64,000 nt of DNA from Treponema sp. (GTDB lineage: Bacteria; Spirochaetota; Spirochaetia; Treponematales; Treponemataceae). The position numbers were made by a program, and so were the translations under genes. The stretch spans positions 7,690-71,689 of the forward strand of contig NZ_JAFRNB010000128.1 of NCBI RefSeq assembly GCF_017430385.1. Reading direction: 5' to 3'. A model generated the notes under the pieces. That model was not told where the DNA came from. It made no database searches and worked only from the letters and a program-made list of their open reading frames with translations. Of the stretch, positions 9,234-18,974 are shown piece after piece (position 1 is the stretch's first letter; every line of letters begins with the position of its first letter).

Positions 9234-10559
9234 CTATTTTTTTGCCGGGTGATAAACCGGGTCTTTCTTATTCTTTGGCAAGATTTTGTCGAATCCGCAG
9301 TATGGAACGAGAACTTCTGGAATTGTGACAGAGCCGTCAGCGTTCTGATAGTTCTCCAAGATTGCGAGCATTGCTCGGCCTACAGCGATTGCAGTACCGT
9401 TGAGCATGTGAACATACTTGTTCTTGCCATCGTCATCTCGGTATTTTACGTTCAAGCGGCGTGCCTGATAGTCTGTACAGTTTGAAGTTGATGTTACTTC
9501 ACCGTAGTCGCCATCTGGGTGAGCCTCGTTTGCTCGGCCTGGCATCCATGCTTCCAAGTCCCATTTGCGGTAAGCTGGAGCGCCCAAGTCGCCAGTGCAA
9601 GTGTCAACGACATGGAATGGCAAGCCCAAGCCTGTGAAGATCTCTTCCTCAATCAAGCGGAGTTTTTCGTGGATTTTGTCAGATTCCTCTGGCAATGAGT
9701 AAACGAACATCTCAACCTTGTCGAACTGATGAACGCGGTACAATCCCTTTGAGAATTGCCCAGCACCACCTGCCTCGCGGCGGAAACAGTGTGAGAGACC
9801 GCAGTAGAAAAGCGGGAGAGCTGATTTATCAAGGATTTCGCCTGAGTGGTAGCCACCCAAAGTGATTTCGGCAGTTGCGACCAGACAAGTTCCTTCGTCT
9901 TCGATACAGTAAACGTTAGATTCGTTTCCGCGCGGGTTGAATCCGATGCCCTGCAAAACTTCCTGCTTTGCTACATCTGGAGTGATGAACTGAGTGAAAC
10001 CGTGTTTGCGGAGAACATTGAGAGCGTACATGATAAGAGCCTGCTCCAGGAAAACAGCCTCATTTTTGAGATAATAGAACTTTGGACCAGAAACTTTTGT
10101 TCCGCGGTCAAAGTCGAGAATATCAAGCTCTTCGCCAAGAGTTACATGGTCTTTTGGCTGGAAGTCGAATTTGCGTGGAGTGCCGACTTTTTTGACTTCA
10201 AGGTTCTCTGTGTCGAGCTTGCCGATTGGAGTGTCAGGGTGGTGCATGTTAGGAATCTGTCGTCCTGCGGCATCAAGCTTTTTCTCAACCTCAGAAAGTT
10301 CCTTTTCTGCAGCGGCAACATCGTCCTTAATCTTTTTGCCTTCTTCGATGTACTTTGCGCGTGTGTCAGCGTCAAGCTTCTGCTTCATTGAGGCAGCATT
10401 CTCGTTTCGCTTCTGCTGCAAAGCCTGCAATTTTGTGGTGAGAGCTGTTCGCTCGTCGAAAAGTTTTACAACAAGGTCAGCATCAGCGACCATGTTTCGG
10501 TCAGAAATATTCTTTTTGACTTCATCAAGATGTTCTTTAATAAAACGATAATCAAGCAT
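9234..10559 (-). CDS. serS: Serine--tRNA ligase
   Basis: MLD N-terminal coiled-coil arm; ATAEI, CFRREAG, GLYRVHQFDKVE, DLEAWMP, TSNCTDYQARR, LNGTAIA. Confidence 0.97.
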   Translation of the reverse strand: MLDYRFIKEHLDEVKKNISDRNMVADADLVVKLFDERTALTTKLQALQQKRNENAASMKQKLDADTRAKYIEEGKKIKDDVAAAEKELSEVEKKLDAAGRQIPNMHHPDTPIGKLDTENLEVKKVGTPRKFDFQPKDHVTLGEELDILDFDRGTKVSGPKFYYLKNEAVFLEQALIMYALNVLRKHGFTQFITPDVAKQEVLQGIGFNPRGNESNVYCIEDEGTCLVATAEITLGGYHSGEILDKSALPLFYCGLSHCFRREAGGAGQFSKGLYRVHQFDKVEMFVYSLPEESDKIHEKLRLIEEEIFTGLGLPFHVVDTCTGDLGAPAYRKWDLEAWMPGRANEAHPDGDYGEVTSTSNCTDYQARRLNVKYRDDDGKNKYVHMLNGTAIAVGRAMLAILENYQNADGSVTIPEVLVPYCGFDKILPKNKKDPVYHPAKK

Positions 10560-10598
10560 TTTTATTTCCTTTTCTTCTATTATATTGATTTCTGAATT

Positions 10599-11321
10599 TT
10601 ATCTCAACTGATAGACAGCATCGACTGAAATTGTGATTGTTGAAGATCCGCCTGAAATTGGGGTAGGGGCTGCTTCTTCAATAGCCATGTCATTTGCTGC
10701 CACAGCCGAAGTCTTCATGAGCCTTGCCCGTGGATATGCGTAATCGGCATGTTCGGAGATTGAGAGCACCTTGCCAAGTTTTGCCCCGCTCGCACCAGCA
10801 AGAAGATTCGCGCTTTCCTGTGCCTGAGCAATCGCAAGGCTCCGTGCCTGCTTTTTTGCAATCTCAGTGTCCGTAACCCCGTAAGTGAGGGAAGAAAGCT
10901 GGTTTGCGCCCGATTTGAGAGCAAGGTCGATAATTTCTCCAGCCATGTTGATTTTTTTGACCAGAATCTTGACCTGATTCGTAACGCGGTAATCGTCATA
11001 AACCTGCTTGCCGGATTTATTGTCGTAGTGGCTTTCCTGATAAACCGAATAATTCTGTGTCGAGATACATTCTTTCTGGATGCCCTTTGCCTTGACAGCA
11101 TCCTGAACTGCTGTCATCTTTTTTGCGTTCTCTGCCGAAGTCTCAGCGACATCCTTGCCAGTCGTAATCACCGAAAGGATAATCGTAGCCGTGTCCGCCT
11201 CAACAGTGACACTTCCTGTTCCAGAAACAGAGACCGTTCTTTTCGCATAATTATCCTGCTGAATCGAGCAGGAAGAAAGCAGCACTGTAGCCGCCAAAAT
11301 TGAAATAATTGATTTTTTCAT
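10599..11321 (-). CDS. SIMPL (DUF541/BP26-like) domain lipoprotein
   Basis: Lipobox LLSSC; TVSVSGTGSVTVEADTA; GANQLSSLTY; PISGGSSTITISVDAVYQL. Confidence 0.85.
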   Translation of the reverse strand: MKKSIISILAATVLLSSCSIQQDNYAKRTVSVSGTGSVTVEADTATIILSVITTGKDVAETSAENAKKMTAVQDAVKAKGIQKECISTQNYSVYQESHYDNKSGKQVYDDYRVTNQVKILVKKINMAGEIIDLALKSGANQLSSLTYGVTDTEIAKKQARSLAIAQAQESANLLAGASGAKLGKVLSISEHADYAYPRARLMKTSAVAANDMAIEEAAPTPISGGSSTITISVDAVYQLR

Positions 11322-11634
11322 GGACAAAGTTTATCACTAATCAGAAACTGGAGCAACAGAACATGTCTTAAGCCTAACTAAACTACTAGATTTTTCCTCG
11401 AATTTTTCCGCTATCCTTTAGTCACAAGCGCTTATAAATCTTAACTAAACATAGGTGGATACTTGAAATTTGATTGCGTATATGCAGATTTTGTTATATT
11501 TTCAATTTCTTCACGAAACTTCTGTTCTTTTGAATTCCAATCTTCTTCATTTTCTTCTCGAATGGATCATCGTGAAATCTCTTGCTATGCGGTAAAATTT
11601 CCCATTCCCCCAGCATCCATGCTATAATATCCTC

Positions 11635-12000
11635 ATGAAAAGATTCTTCTATATAATAGCATTTCTCGCCCTCACGACATTCGCTTTCGCCGAGAAAGTC
11701 ACATTCACCACAGGCGACATCGCAGGCTCTTCCCTCATAGACCGCTTCATGCTTATGGATTTTTCAATGCTTGCCTCTCAATGCACGGTGAGCGCAATCA
11801 AAAAAGTTGATAAAGATATCTGGTGCATAAAAATCACCGCAAGCAAGCAGGGCGGGGCTAGCTCAATTCCAATCGAATATGAATATTTCGTAAAAAAAGG
11901 CGATAAAATCCGCATGAGAAGAATTTCTGCACAGGGAATGAGCGAGTGCGAGCTTACAGTGGAGAGTCTGGACTGGAATAGGGCTGAGTTCAGTTTTTAA
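11635..12000 (+). CDS. Hypothetical exported protein
   Basis: 121-aa ORF with signal peptide (TFAFA) and TGnTATAAT 6 nt upstream of the ATG. Confidence 0.75.
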   Translation: MKRFFYIIAFLALTTFAFAEKVTFTTGDIAGSSLIDRFMLMDFSMLASQCTVSAIKKVDKDIWCIKITASKQGGASSIPIEYEYFVKKGDKIRMRRISAQGMSECELTVESLDWNRAEFSF

Positions 12001-12007
12001 ATATGTA

Positions 12008-14158
12008 TTACCTTATATCAATATAGAATCTCTTGAGGTAAATCGAGCGGTTCTTTGCTTTTTTCCAGTATTTACTTGCTGGATAGAGCTTTACTAGCGT
12101 GTCATAAGAGTCCACGGCGGAACGGATGTTCTTTACGCTGCTGTTGCTTTCCCAAATCTGACCCAGAAGATAAAGTGCTTCATCGAGCCGAGTTGATGCC
12201 GTGTTGTAATACTGCTGTGCTTCTGTCAGGGCAAGCTCGTAGTTTTTTTCCTCAAAGTCTTTCTTTGCTTTTTCAAGAAGTGACTCGTCGGCTGCCACAG
12301 AGCTGTCTTCCACGATGACGACAGGCTCGCTTAAAATCGGGCTTTCTTCGACTGGTGCGCTCTGAGAAGAGACAGGCGTATAATTGAAAGCTTGTGCATC
12401 CGGGGCTTTTTCTGCTGTTTCGGAATCCGGCTGATTTTTTGCACTTTCAACAGCAGGTTCTCGCGTTTCTTTTGAAGACTCTGCTGTTGAGTCAGTGTTC
12501 TGAATTACTGTCTTGATGTTGCTTTCTGGAACTGCGGCTGAAATCTGCGTTGCTGCGGTTGCTGTAACTGGAGCCGTTGAGGCGGCAGAAGCTGTTGTGG
12601 CTGGAGCAGAGCTTTTTTCTGATGCTGCCATAGATTCGCTTCCTGCGGATTTTGCGCTTTCGGCAGGAGTTTTTTGTTCCGGAACTTTCTGATCCGTGCC
12701 TTTCTGAGCCGGAGTTTTATTCTCTGTTGATTTTTCCTGCTGAGTCTGAGCTATTTTTTTCTGAGAATCTTCTTTTGGTGAGTCGGTTTCCTTCTGCTCC
12801 GAAATTGCCTTTTCGTCCGCTGCTTTTTCGTTTGCACGGTCGATTCTTCGCTGCGGCTTTGCAGGAATTATATCAGCGTAAGAAGGTGCTTTGACTCTTC
12901 CTGCGCTTCTTGCGCTCAGAACTTCGACTTCAAGGTAATCATCGATATATTCACCTGTGAGCGCATCATTTTTGTAGAAGTGGAGTAGTGTTTTTCCGGC
13001 TTTTTTTGCACGGAGCGCGAATGTTGTGTTGCCTGTTCCGAGCTTTCGGCCAAAATAATTGAAAATCGGAGTTTTTTCAGTCTCTCCGATATAAATCCAG
13101 CCTGTTCCAGGATATGTTACATCAAGGTACTGGCTGAGTTTTACTTTGACTGAGCGAGAAGGAACGATTGGCTTTTCGGCCTCCGCCTTGATTTCTTCGA
13201 TAACTTCAACATCCTCGGTCGGGGCTGCTGTTTCAACAGGGGCAGGGGCTGCTTGTGCCTGTTCTTTTGGCTCAGCTTTTTCAGTTTTTTCGGATTTTTT
13301 TGTATTTTTTGGAACTGCCGGAAGAGCTGCGGCCGCAATTGCTGCTTTATCAGCTTGTGGAGCGGGAGCTGTTTTAACTTCTGGCTTCGGCTCTGTTTTC
13401 GGTAAATCTTTGACCTTTACATCCGGCTCTTCGAGAATCTTATATTCTGAAACCTTGTTCTTTTCGTCTGTTGTCGGTGCTTCTCCGCCGTCTTTTTCAA
13501 GGTTTGAATCTTCTGCACTTACTTTTTCTGTGTTATTTTGTGAATCTGATTTGTTTTCTGACGATGAATTTTCTTCTGAATCTGAGTTTGCATTGTTTTT
13601 TGAATCTGTTTCGTTCGATTGCTCTGCATTTTCTTTAGTTGAAGAGTCTGAAACTGTATTTGCTTTTGATTCTGATGGCTTTTTATTATTGTCGATTATT
13701 GTTGCTTTTGCTTTGCTTGGGGCTGTTGAGACGAATGCGATTCCTGTTATTCCGCCTAATTTTTCATCTGAAGCGGATTCCTCGCCTGTTTTTTTATCCG
13801 CTTCTTCTGAATCTGATTTTCCGTCAGTTTTTTCATCTGAATCTGATTTTTCTGCCGAAACTTCGACTTCCGGTTCCTTCTGAATTACTGAGTTTTCTTC
13901 TTCTGTTTCATTATCTGATTTTTCTGGAGTCACTTCCTCTGTTGAAGATTCTTCTTCTGAAGGCCCTTCAACGGCTTCTTCTTCGGATTTTGGACTTGCC
14001 GCATTTATTTGCTCTGCGATTTCGTTCGCCACTTCCTCTTGCTTTTGATTCAGTGTGTCATCCGCTTTTTCGGGCTGAGTTGGAACATTTGTTGAGCCAC
14101 AAGATGTGAGAAATACTGAAATAGATATGAAGATTGCTGCCAGAAAAACTTTTTTCAT
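12008..14158 (-). CDS. Low-complexity lipoprotein with C-terminal TPR/BamD-like helices
   Basis: Lipobox FLTSC; long E/S/K/A-rich regions; small central domain (LDVTYPGTGWIYIGE); C-terminal DEALYLLGQIWE...YPASKYW. Confidence 0.8.
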   Translation of the reverse strand: MKKVFLAAIFISISVFLTSCGSTNVPTQPEKADDTLNQKQEEVANEIAEQINAASPKSEEEAVEGPSEEESSTEEVTPEKSDNETEEENSVIQKEPEVEVSAEKSDSDEKTDGKSDSEEADKKTGEESASDEKLGGITGIAFVSTAPSKAKATIIDNNKKPSESKANTVSDSSTKENAEQSNETDSKNNANSDSEENSSSENKSDSQNNTEKVSAEDSNLEKDGGEAPTTDEKNKVSEYKILEEPDVKVKDLPKTEPKPEVKTAPAPQADKAAIAAAALPAVPKNTKKSEKTEKAEPKEQAQAAPAPVETAAPTEDVEVIEEIKAEAEKPIVPSRSVKVKLSQYLDVTYPGTGWIYIGETEKTPIFNYFGRKLGTGNTTFALRAKKAGKTLLHFYKNDALTGEYIDDYLEVEVLSARSAGRVKAPSYADIIPAKPQRRIDRANEKAADEKAISEQKETDSPKEDSQKKIAQTQQEKSTENKTPAQKGTDQKVPEQKTPAESAKSAGSESMAASEKSSAPATTASAASTAPVTATAATQISAAVPESNIKTVIQNTDSTAESSKETREPAVESAKNQPDSETAEKAPDAQAFNYTPVSSQSAPVEESPILSEPVVIVEDSSVAADESLLEKAKKDFEEKNYELALTEAQQYYNTASTRLDEALYLLGQIWESNSSVKNIRSAVDSYDTLVKLYPASKYWKKAKNRSIYLKRFYIDIR

Positions 14159-14523
14159 TATGGAGCCGCTCCTGTTATATCATCGACAATTTTATCATTA
14201 GCCTTTTCAAGCTCTTTCATTGTTTCTTCTTCGGGATATGTGAACCACTTGTTGATTTCTTCCTGAGACCACTGATTTTCTGTGATTCTGTTAGGGTAGT
14301 ATTCTTTTTCGATGTCCGGCGGGTCGGGCGGAAGAACAGGATTGTCGGCCGTAAATGGCTCTGCCTGAGGAATCTCAGTTTTTTTGACTGGGGAAGTTTG
14401 AATCATGAGGATTATAAGACCTGCGAAAAACAGGAACACTACTATTCCGATGACCGCGAACAAAAGCGGCTTTTCGTGAGTCAAATCTGATAAACTGTCC
14501 TTTATATCGTCAAAATCAATCAT
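14158..14523 (-). CDS. Small single-TM hypothetical protein
   Basis: One hydrophobic segment then Pro-rich region; abuts smc and the downstream lipoprotein. Confidence 0.8.
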   Translation of the reverse strand: MIDFDDIKDSLSDLTHEKPLLFAVIGIVVFLFFAGLIILMIQTSPVKKTEIPQAEPFTADNPVLPPDPPDIEKEYYPNRITENQWSQEEINKWFTYPEEETMKELEKANDKIVDDITGAAP

Positions 14524-14524
14524 T

Positions 14525-17500
14525 TTATGCCTCTTGTGGTTTTTCGGCTTCTTCCGTTACTGATGATTTTTCAGCTTCGGCCTCTGCCGCGGCTTTTTCT
14601 GCTTCTTTCTGAGCCTTTGCTTCGGCTCTGGCCCGTTTGGCGGCTTCTTTCTGCTCCTCGTTATATTTTTCGATAACAGGATCTGTGATTGTGCCGTCCG
14701 GGTTGTGGATTCGCTTTTCTGGGCGAGGTGGAATTACGACGCCTTCCTCAACAGGAACATCTTCCTCGACGAATTCTTCTGTCGTGTCATAAGTCGTATC
14801 TGTCGAGATATCTTTTTCGAGGCTGATTGTGATGATTTTACTGACTCCCGACTCCTGCATCGTTACACCGAGCATAGTGCTTGCGCCCATAACGGTTTTC
14901 TTGTTGTGGGTGATGACGATGTACTGAGAAAGTTTTGCGAATGAGCGGAGTGCTGTGACAAAGCTCGTGACATTCTTGTCGTCCAGAGCCGCATCAATCT
15001 CGTCCAAAAGACAGAATGGAGAAGGTCGTACCTGATATGTCGCAAAGAGAAGGGCAACAGCCGTCATTGTTTTTTCACCACCCGAAAGAAGGGCGATGTT
15101 CTGCAGTTTCTTTCCTGGCGGCTCCGCATAGATGTCGATGCCGGAAGTAAGTACATTCTGCGGGTCAGTGAGCCTAAGCTCGCCACGGCCACCGTTGAAG
15201 AGTCGGCGGAACATGTTGTGGAAATTCTTTTTGATTTTATTGTATGTCGAAATGAACATTTCGGTTGATTTCGACTTGATTTCTTCGGAAACGCGCAGAA
15301 GATTTTCGAGGGACTTGTTGGTGTCGTCGAAACTTGCCTGCAATTTTTCGTATCGCTCTTTCTGCTCGCCGAATTCTTCTGGTGCCATGAGGTTGACCGA
15401 GCCAAGATCAGCGAGTGCTTTTCGTGAGTCAGAAAGTTTTTCGCGCAAGACAACTGAAGGAGTGTTGATTTTGTACATGCGCTCCTCAAATTCCATGAGG
15501 TCGCGTGAGTGTGTTTCGATGAAGTTCTGCTTGATGTTGCGGATGTCGTTCTCGCTTGTTACCAGATCAAGTGTGAGCTTTTCGTACTGAGACTGATATT
15601 TCTGCTGCTCCTCACGTTTTTTGTCCAGAGCATTCTTTTTGCCGCTGACAGAGGTGTTGCATCTTTTGATTTCCTCGTCGAGATTGCCCATAGTTTCGGC
15701 ACATTCCCGGCCGCGTCTTTCAATGTCGCCCAAAGCTTCATCCAAATCAGAAAGCCGTTCTTCCAAATCTTCCTGATTCTTCTGCTCCAGATACAAGTCC
15801 TGCTCGTTCTGGCGGAGGGCGTTCTGCTCGCTCGTGAGATTTCGCTTTAAAAGCTCTGCTGTCTGCTTTGCGTTGAAAATCTGCTGCTGCATCTGAGCCT
15901 CAGAGACTCGGAGCTGCCCCAGAGTTTCCTTGTACTCGTTGATTTTACCAATAAGAAGGATGTTCTCTGCCTTGTAGCCGTCGATTCGCTCACGGATTGT
16001 GGCGATTTTCTGCAAATTTTCCTGAATATTGCGGTCGATGTTTCGCTTTTTGGTGATGATACCTTCAGGAGAGAGGAATTCATCGATGAAATTCGGTGTG
16101 GTTGATGCGTAATTCTGAACAGCCCCTTCGATTTCCTTTACGAGTGAAGCAACTTCATCGAGTGCTTTGATTGCATCTTTTGCGAAATTCTCATTTTCGT
16201 CATCTGAGTGACCTTTGAGAGAAGCATAGTCCGTGAAGATGTTGCGGCGGCCTTCTGCATAGACTTTGAGCTTACCGACCAGAGAATCCAAATCTTCCTT
16301 AGCCTTTTTGCTTGCCGCAGATGAGAATCCTGAGTCCTTGAGCTTTGCGTCAAGCTCTGTAACGATATCCTCAGTGATTGCCTCAAGCTCTTTCTGGAAA
16401 TTCTCGCGCTCTGTGTCGAGGTTTTTGATTTCTGTCTCGCTTTCGCTGACTTTCTGCTCGTTCGTGCTTATCTGGTTCTGGGAAGTGTTTATATTCTGCA
16501 CGAAAGATTCGATATTCTGCTTAACTTCCTCAATCTGCTTTGTCTTTGAGTGAAGGTCAGCATCCTGGTCAGCGATTTCTTCGTTTATTTCGTCGATTCG
16601 TTCCTGAATTGAACGCTGTTTGAGTTCCAGAGTACCGATTTTCTCGCGGTTTGTTCGTGCCTGCTCGTTCAAAAGCTTCTGCTGGTCGAGTTTGTTTGTC
16701 TTTTCGGTCTGGATTCGGACAAGCTCCATCTGAAGCTCGCCCATCTTTGCCTGCAATTCCTTGATTTTGTCGCTGTTTTCTGTGAGCGTGTTAAGGATTT
16801 CATCAATTTCGGCCTGAACTGCGTTTCGTTTTTCGGCGATTTCTTCTTTTGCCTGAGTCTGGCGTGCCTGATTCTGAACGAAGTCCTTTAATTTGAGAAG
16901 CTGAATATCAAGCTCGAAGTTGAAAATTGCTTCCTTAAGCTCGCGGTATTTGATTGTCTTTTCGCTCTGGACTTTTAAAGTCTCGTAGCTCCGTTTGTTT
17001 TCTGCGAGGGCGACTTCAATCTGGGCAAGGTTCTGCCTTGTTCGCTCAAGCTCGCGCTCTGCTTCGGCAACTTCGGCCTTGCTTCGGGAAATTCCTGCCG
17101 CTTCCTCAAAAAGATAACGGCGGTCTTCCGGTTTGCTCGAAAGAATCTGGTCGATTTTGCCCTGTTCCATGACGGAGTAGGCTGCCTTTCCGACACCTGT
17201 ATCCATGAACAAGCGGCGGACGGCCGTAGCTCCTACCTGCTTGTTGTTGATATAATATTCGTTCTCGCCTGAGCGGTAAAGACGGCGTTTGAGTGTGATT
17301 TCTGAAGGCGTGACATCGGCATCGTCAAATTTGAGAAGTCCGTTTTCGTTCGCAAGGGTAAGCGAAACTTCGGCAATATTAAGCGGCGGACGAGTCTCAG
17401 TACCGTTAAAAATGACCGATTCCATTGTGTCTGCACGGAGATTCTTTGCCTTGTTCTCCGCAAGAACCCATTTTACAGCATCGACTACATTGCTCTTTCC

Positions 17501-17605
17501 ACAGCCGTTTGGCCCCAAAAGCGCGGTGATGCCGTCGGCAAATTCGACATGGGTTTTGTCGGCGAAAGATTTAAATCCGAAAATGTCAAGACTTTTTAGA
17601 AACAC
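14525..17605 (-). CDS. smc: Chromosome segregation protein SMC (short spirochaetal type)
   Basis: GFKSF, Walker A GPNGCGKS, QG Q-loop, long coiled coils, LSGGE signature, Walker B LLDEIDAALD, ITH switch; GTG start with GAGG RBS. Confidence 0.95.
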   Translation of the reverse strand: MFLKSLDIFGFKSFADKTHVEFADGITALLGPNGCGKSNVVDAVKWVLAENKAKNLRADTMESVIFNGTETRPPLNIAEVSLTLANENGLLKFDDADVTPSEITLKRRLYRSGENEYYINNKQVGATAVRRLFMDTGVGKAAYSVMEQGKIDQILSSKPEDRRYLFEEAAGISRSKAEVAEAERELERTRQNLAQIEVALAENKRSYETLKVQSEKTIKYRELKEAIFNFELDIQLLKLKDFVQNQARQTQAKEEIAEKRNAVQAEIDEILNTLTENSDKIKELQAKMGELQMELVRIQTEKTNKLDQQKLLNEQARTNREKIGTLELKQRSIQERIDEINEEIADQDADLHSKTKQIEEVKQNIESFVQNINTSQNQISTNEQKVSESETEIKNLDTERENFQKELEAITEDIVTELDAKLKDSGFSSAASKKAKEDLDSLVGKLKVYAEGRRNIFTDYASLKGHSDDENENFAKDAIKALDEVASLVKEIEGAVQNYASTTPNFIDEFLSPEGIITKKRNIDRNIQENLQKIATIRERIDGYKAENILLIGKINEYKETLGQLRVSEAQMQQQIFNAKQTAELLKRNLTSEQNALRQNEQDLYLEQKNQEDLEERLSDLDEALGDIERRGRECAETMGNLDEEIKRCNTSVSGKKNALDKKREEQQKYQSQYEKLTLDLVTSENDIRNIKQNFIETHSRDLMEFEERMYKINTPSVVLREKLSDSRKALADLGSVNLMAPEEFGEQKERYEKLQASFDDTNKSLENLLRVSEEIKSKSTEMFISTYNKIKKNFHNMFRRLFNGGRGELRLTDPQNVLTSGIDIYAEPPGKKLQNIALLSGGEKTMTAVALLFATYQVRPSPFCLLDEIDAALDDKNVTSFVTALRSFAKLSQYIVITHNKKTVMGASTMLGVTMQESGVSKIITISLEKDISTDTTYDTTEEFVEEDVPVEEGVVIPPRPEKRIHNPDGTITDPVIEKYNEEQKEAAKRARAEAKAQKEAEKAAAEAEAEKSSVTEEAEKPQEA

Positions 17606-17680
17606 AAGGAAACCTCAAATTTTGAAATAGTAGCTAATACTATAGCATGAAATATGTATGTAGTTCAATAATTTGGAAGT

Positions 17681-17739
17681 TCTCACGGAGAACACAGAGT
17701 TCACAGAGAAAAACTCTGTGTTCTCCTTAGCTCTGTGAG
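17681..17739. repeat. CACAGAG-unit inverted repeat, probable terminator of the helicase gene
   Basis: CTCACGGAG-AACACAGAG-TTCACAGAG / AAAAA / CTCTGTGTT-CTCCTTAG-CTCTGTGAG; overlaps the helicase stop. Confidence 0.65.
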
Positions 17740-18923
17740 GAATTTTCGTTGTTTAGTTCGTTCGGGTCAATCAGTTTGCCTTTGTAGAGCATTCTCGGAT
17801 AAACGGTGATTTTGAGTTTCTTTTCGATTGCGGCATATTTGCGCATTTCAAAGCCGTCACCGATTACGATGTTGATTCCTGTCTTTCCCATGCGCGCCGT
17901 GCGGCCAGCCCGATGAATGAAAAAGTCGTCATCGCTCGGCATGTCCATCTGAATTACATGGCTGATGTTTGGAATGTCCATTCCGCGTGCCACAAGGTCG
18001 CTCGTTACGAGAATCTTGATTTTGCCGCTTCTGAACTTGTCTATCGTTGCTTTTCGCTCAACTTTGTCGGTCTTTGCCGTGAGTGCGTAACATTCGATGT
18101 TCTTGAACTTTAATTTCGCTACGATGTTTGCTACCTGATCGAGCTTTGAAGTGAAAATCAGTGCTTTCTCAGGCTTTTCGGCGTTCAAAAGGCTTCTGAG
18201 GGTGTCGATTTTGTTTCTGGTTTCAGAAAAAAGTGCAAGATGCGTGATTCTTTTGCGGAGAACATCTTCTGGCGGCAAAAAGAGCGTTTTGAGGTCGCTT
18301 TCCGTCGTTCCGTTCTGCTTGATTCTTGTTTCCTGCAGCGTTTTTTGTGTTGTTTGTGTGATTGTCGCGCTTGCCGCAATGAGCTGAATATCTTTTTTCA
18401 TTGCGCAGATGAGGTCTAGGGTTTCTTCCTGCATTTCTTTTGCAAGAAGACGGTCAACTTCATCCAGGACAACTGCGACGGCTCCGTCCAGCTTGAGTTT
18501 TTTAAGATGGAAAAGCTCAAGAAGGCGGGCAGGGCCTCCGATTACGACAAGAGGCTTTTCTTTGAGAAGCTCAACCTGTCTTTTGATTGGTGCTCCGCCA
18601 ACGAGAAGGGCTGCCTTGCAATCAGAAACAAGCTGAACCTGAGTCTTGATTTGGGATGCAAGTTCGATTGTCGGTGATATGATTACGATTTTGACTTCTT
18701 TTTTTGGATTTTCGAGTTTTTCGACTTTCTGCAAAAGTGGCAGAAGATATGCGAGTGTCTTTCCAGTTCCTGTCTCGCTCTGAAAAAGAAGGGAAGTGCC
18801 GGCAAAAAGTTCCGGGATTGCCTGTGACTGTACGGCAGTTGGCTCTGTGATTTGCCGTGAAGCAAGCCGTTCGATATAAATGTCTTCGATATTGAGTTCT
18901 GAAAATGTCTTGATAGGATCCAT
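17727..18923 (-). CDS. DEAD/DEAH-box RNA helicase
   Basis: Q motif PTAVQ, SETGTGKT, PTIELA, DEVD, SAT, ARGMD, HRAGRTAR. Confidence 0.95.
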   Translation of the reverse strand: MDPIKTFSELNIEDIYIERLASRQITEPTAVQSQAIPELFAGTSLLFQSETGTGKTLAYLLPLLQKVEKLENPKKEVKIVIISPTIELASQIKTQVQLVSDCKAALLVGGAPIKRQVELLKEKPLVVIGGPARLLELFHLKKLKLDGAVAVVLDEVDRLLAKEMQEETLDLICAMKKDIQLIAASATITQTTQKTLQETRIKQNGTTESDLKTLFLPPEDVLRKRITHLALFSETRNKIDTLRSLLNAEKPEKALIFTSKLDQVANIVAKLKFKNIECYALTAKTDKVERKATIDKFRSGKIKILVTSDLVARGMDIPNISHVIQMDMPSDDDFFIHRAGRTARMGKTGINIVIGDGFEMRKYAAIEKKLKITVYPRMLYKGKLIDPNELNNENSSQS

Positions 18924-18974
18924 ATCCTAATACTATAGCAGAGAATAGGAAAATTTGCTACAATTTAATGGCCT

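Noticed and set aside
10560-10598. T-box leader upstream of serS
   Set aside because: Only ~39 nt of intergenic space.
13146-14109. Long + strand ORFs (245 and 156 aa)
   Set aside because: Antisense shadows of low-complexity Glu/Lys/Ser codons in the lipoprotein gene.
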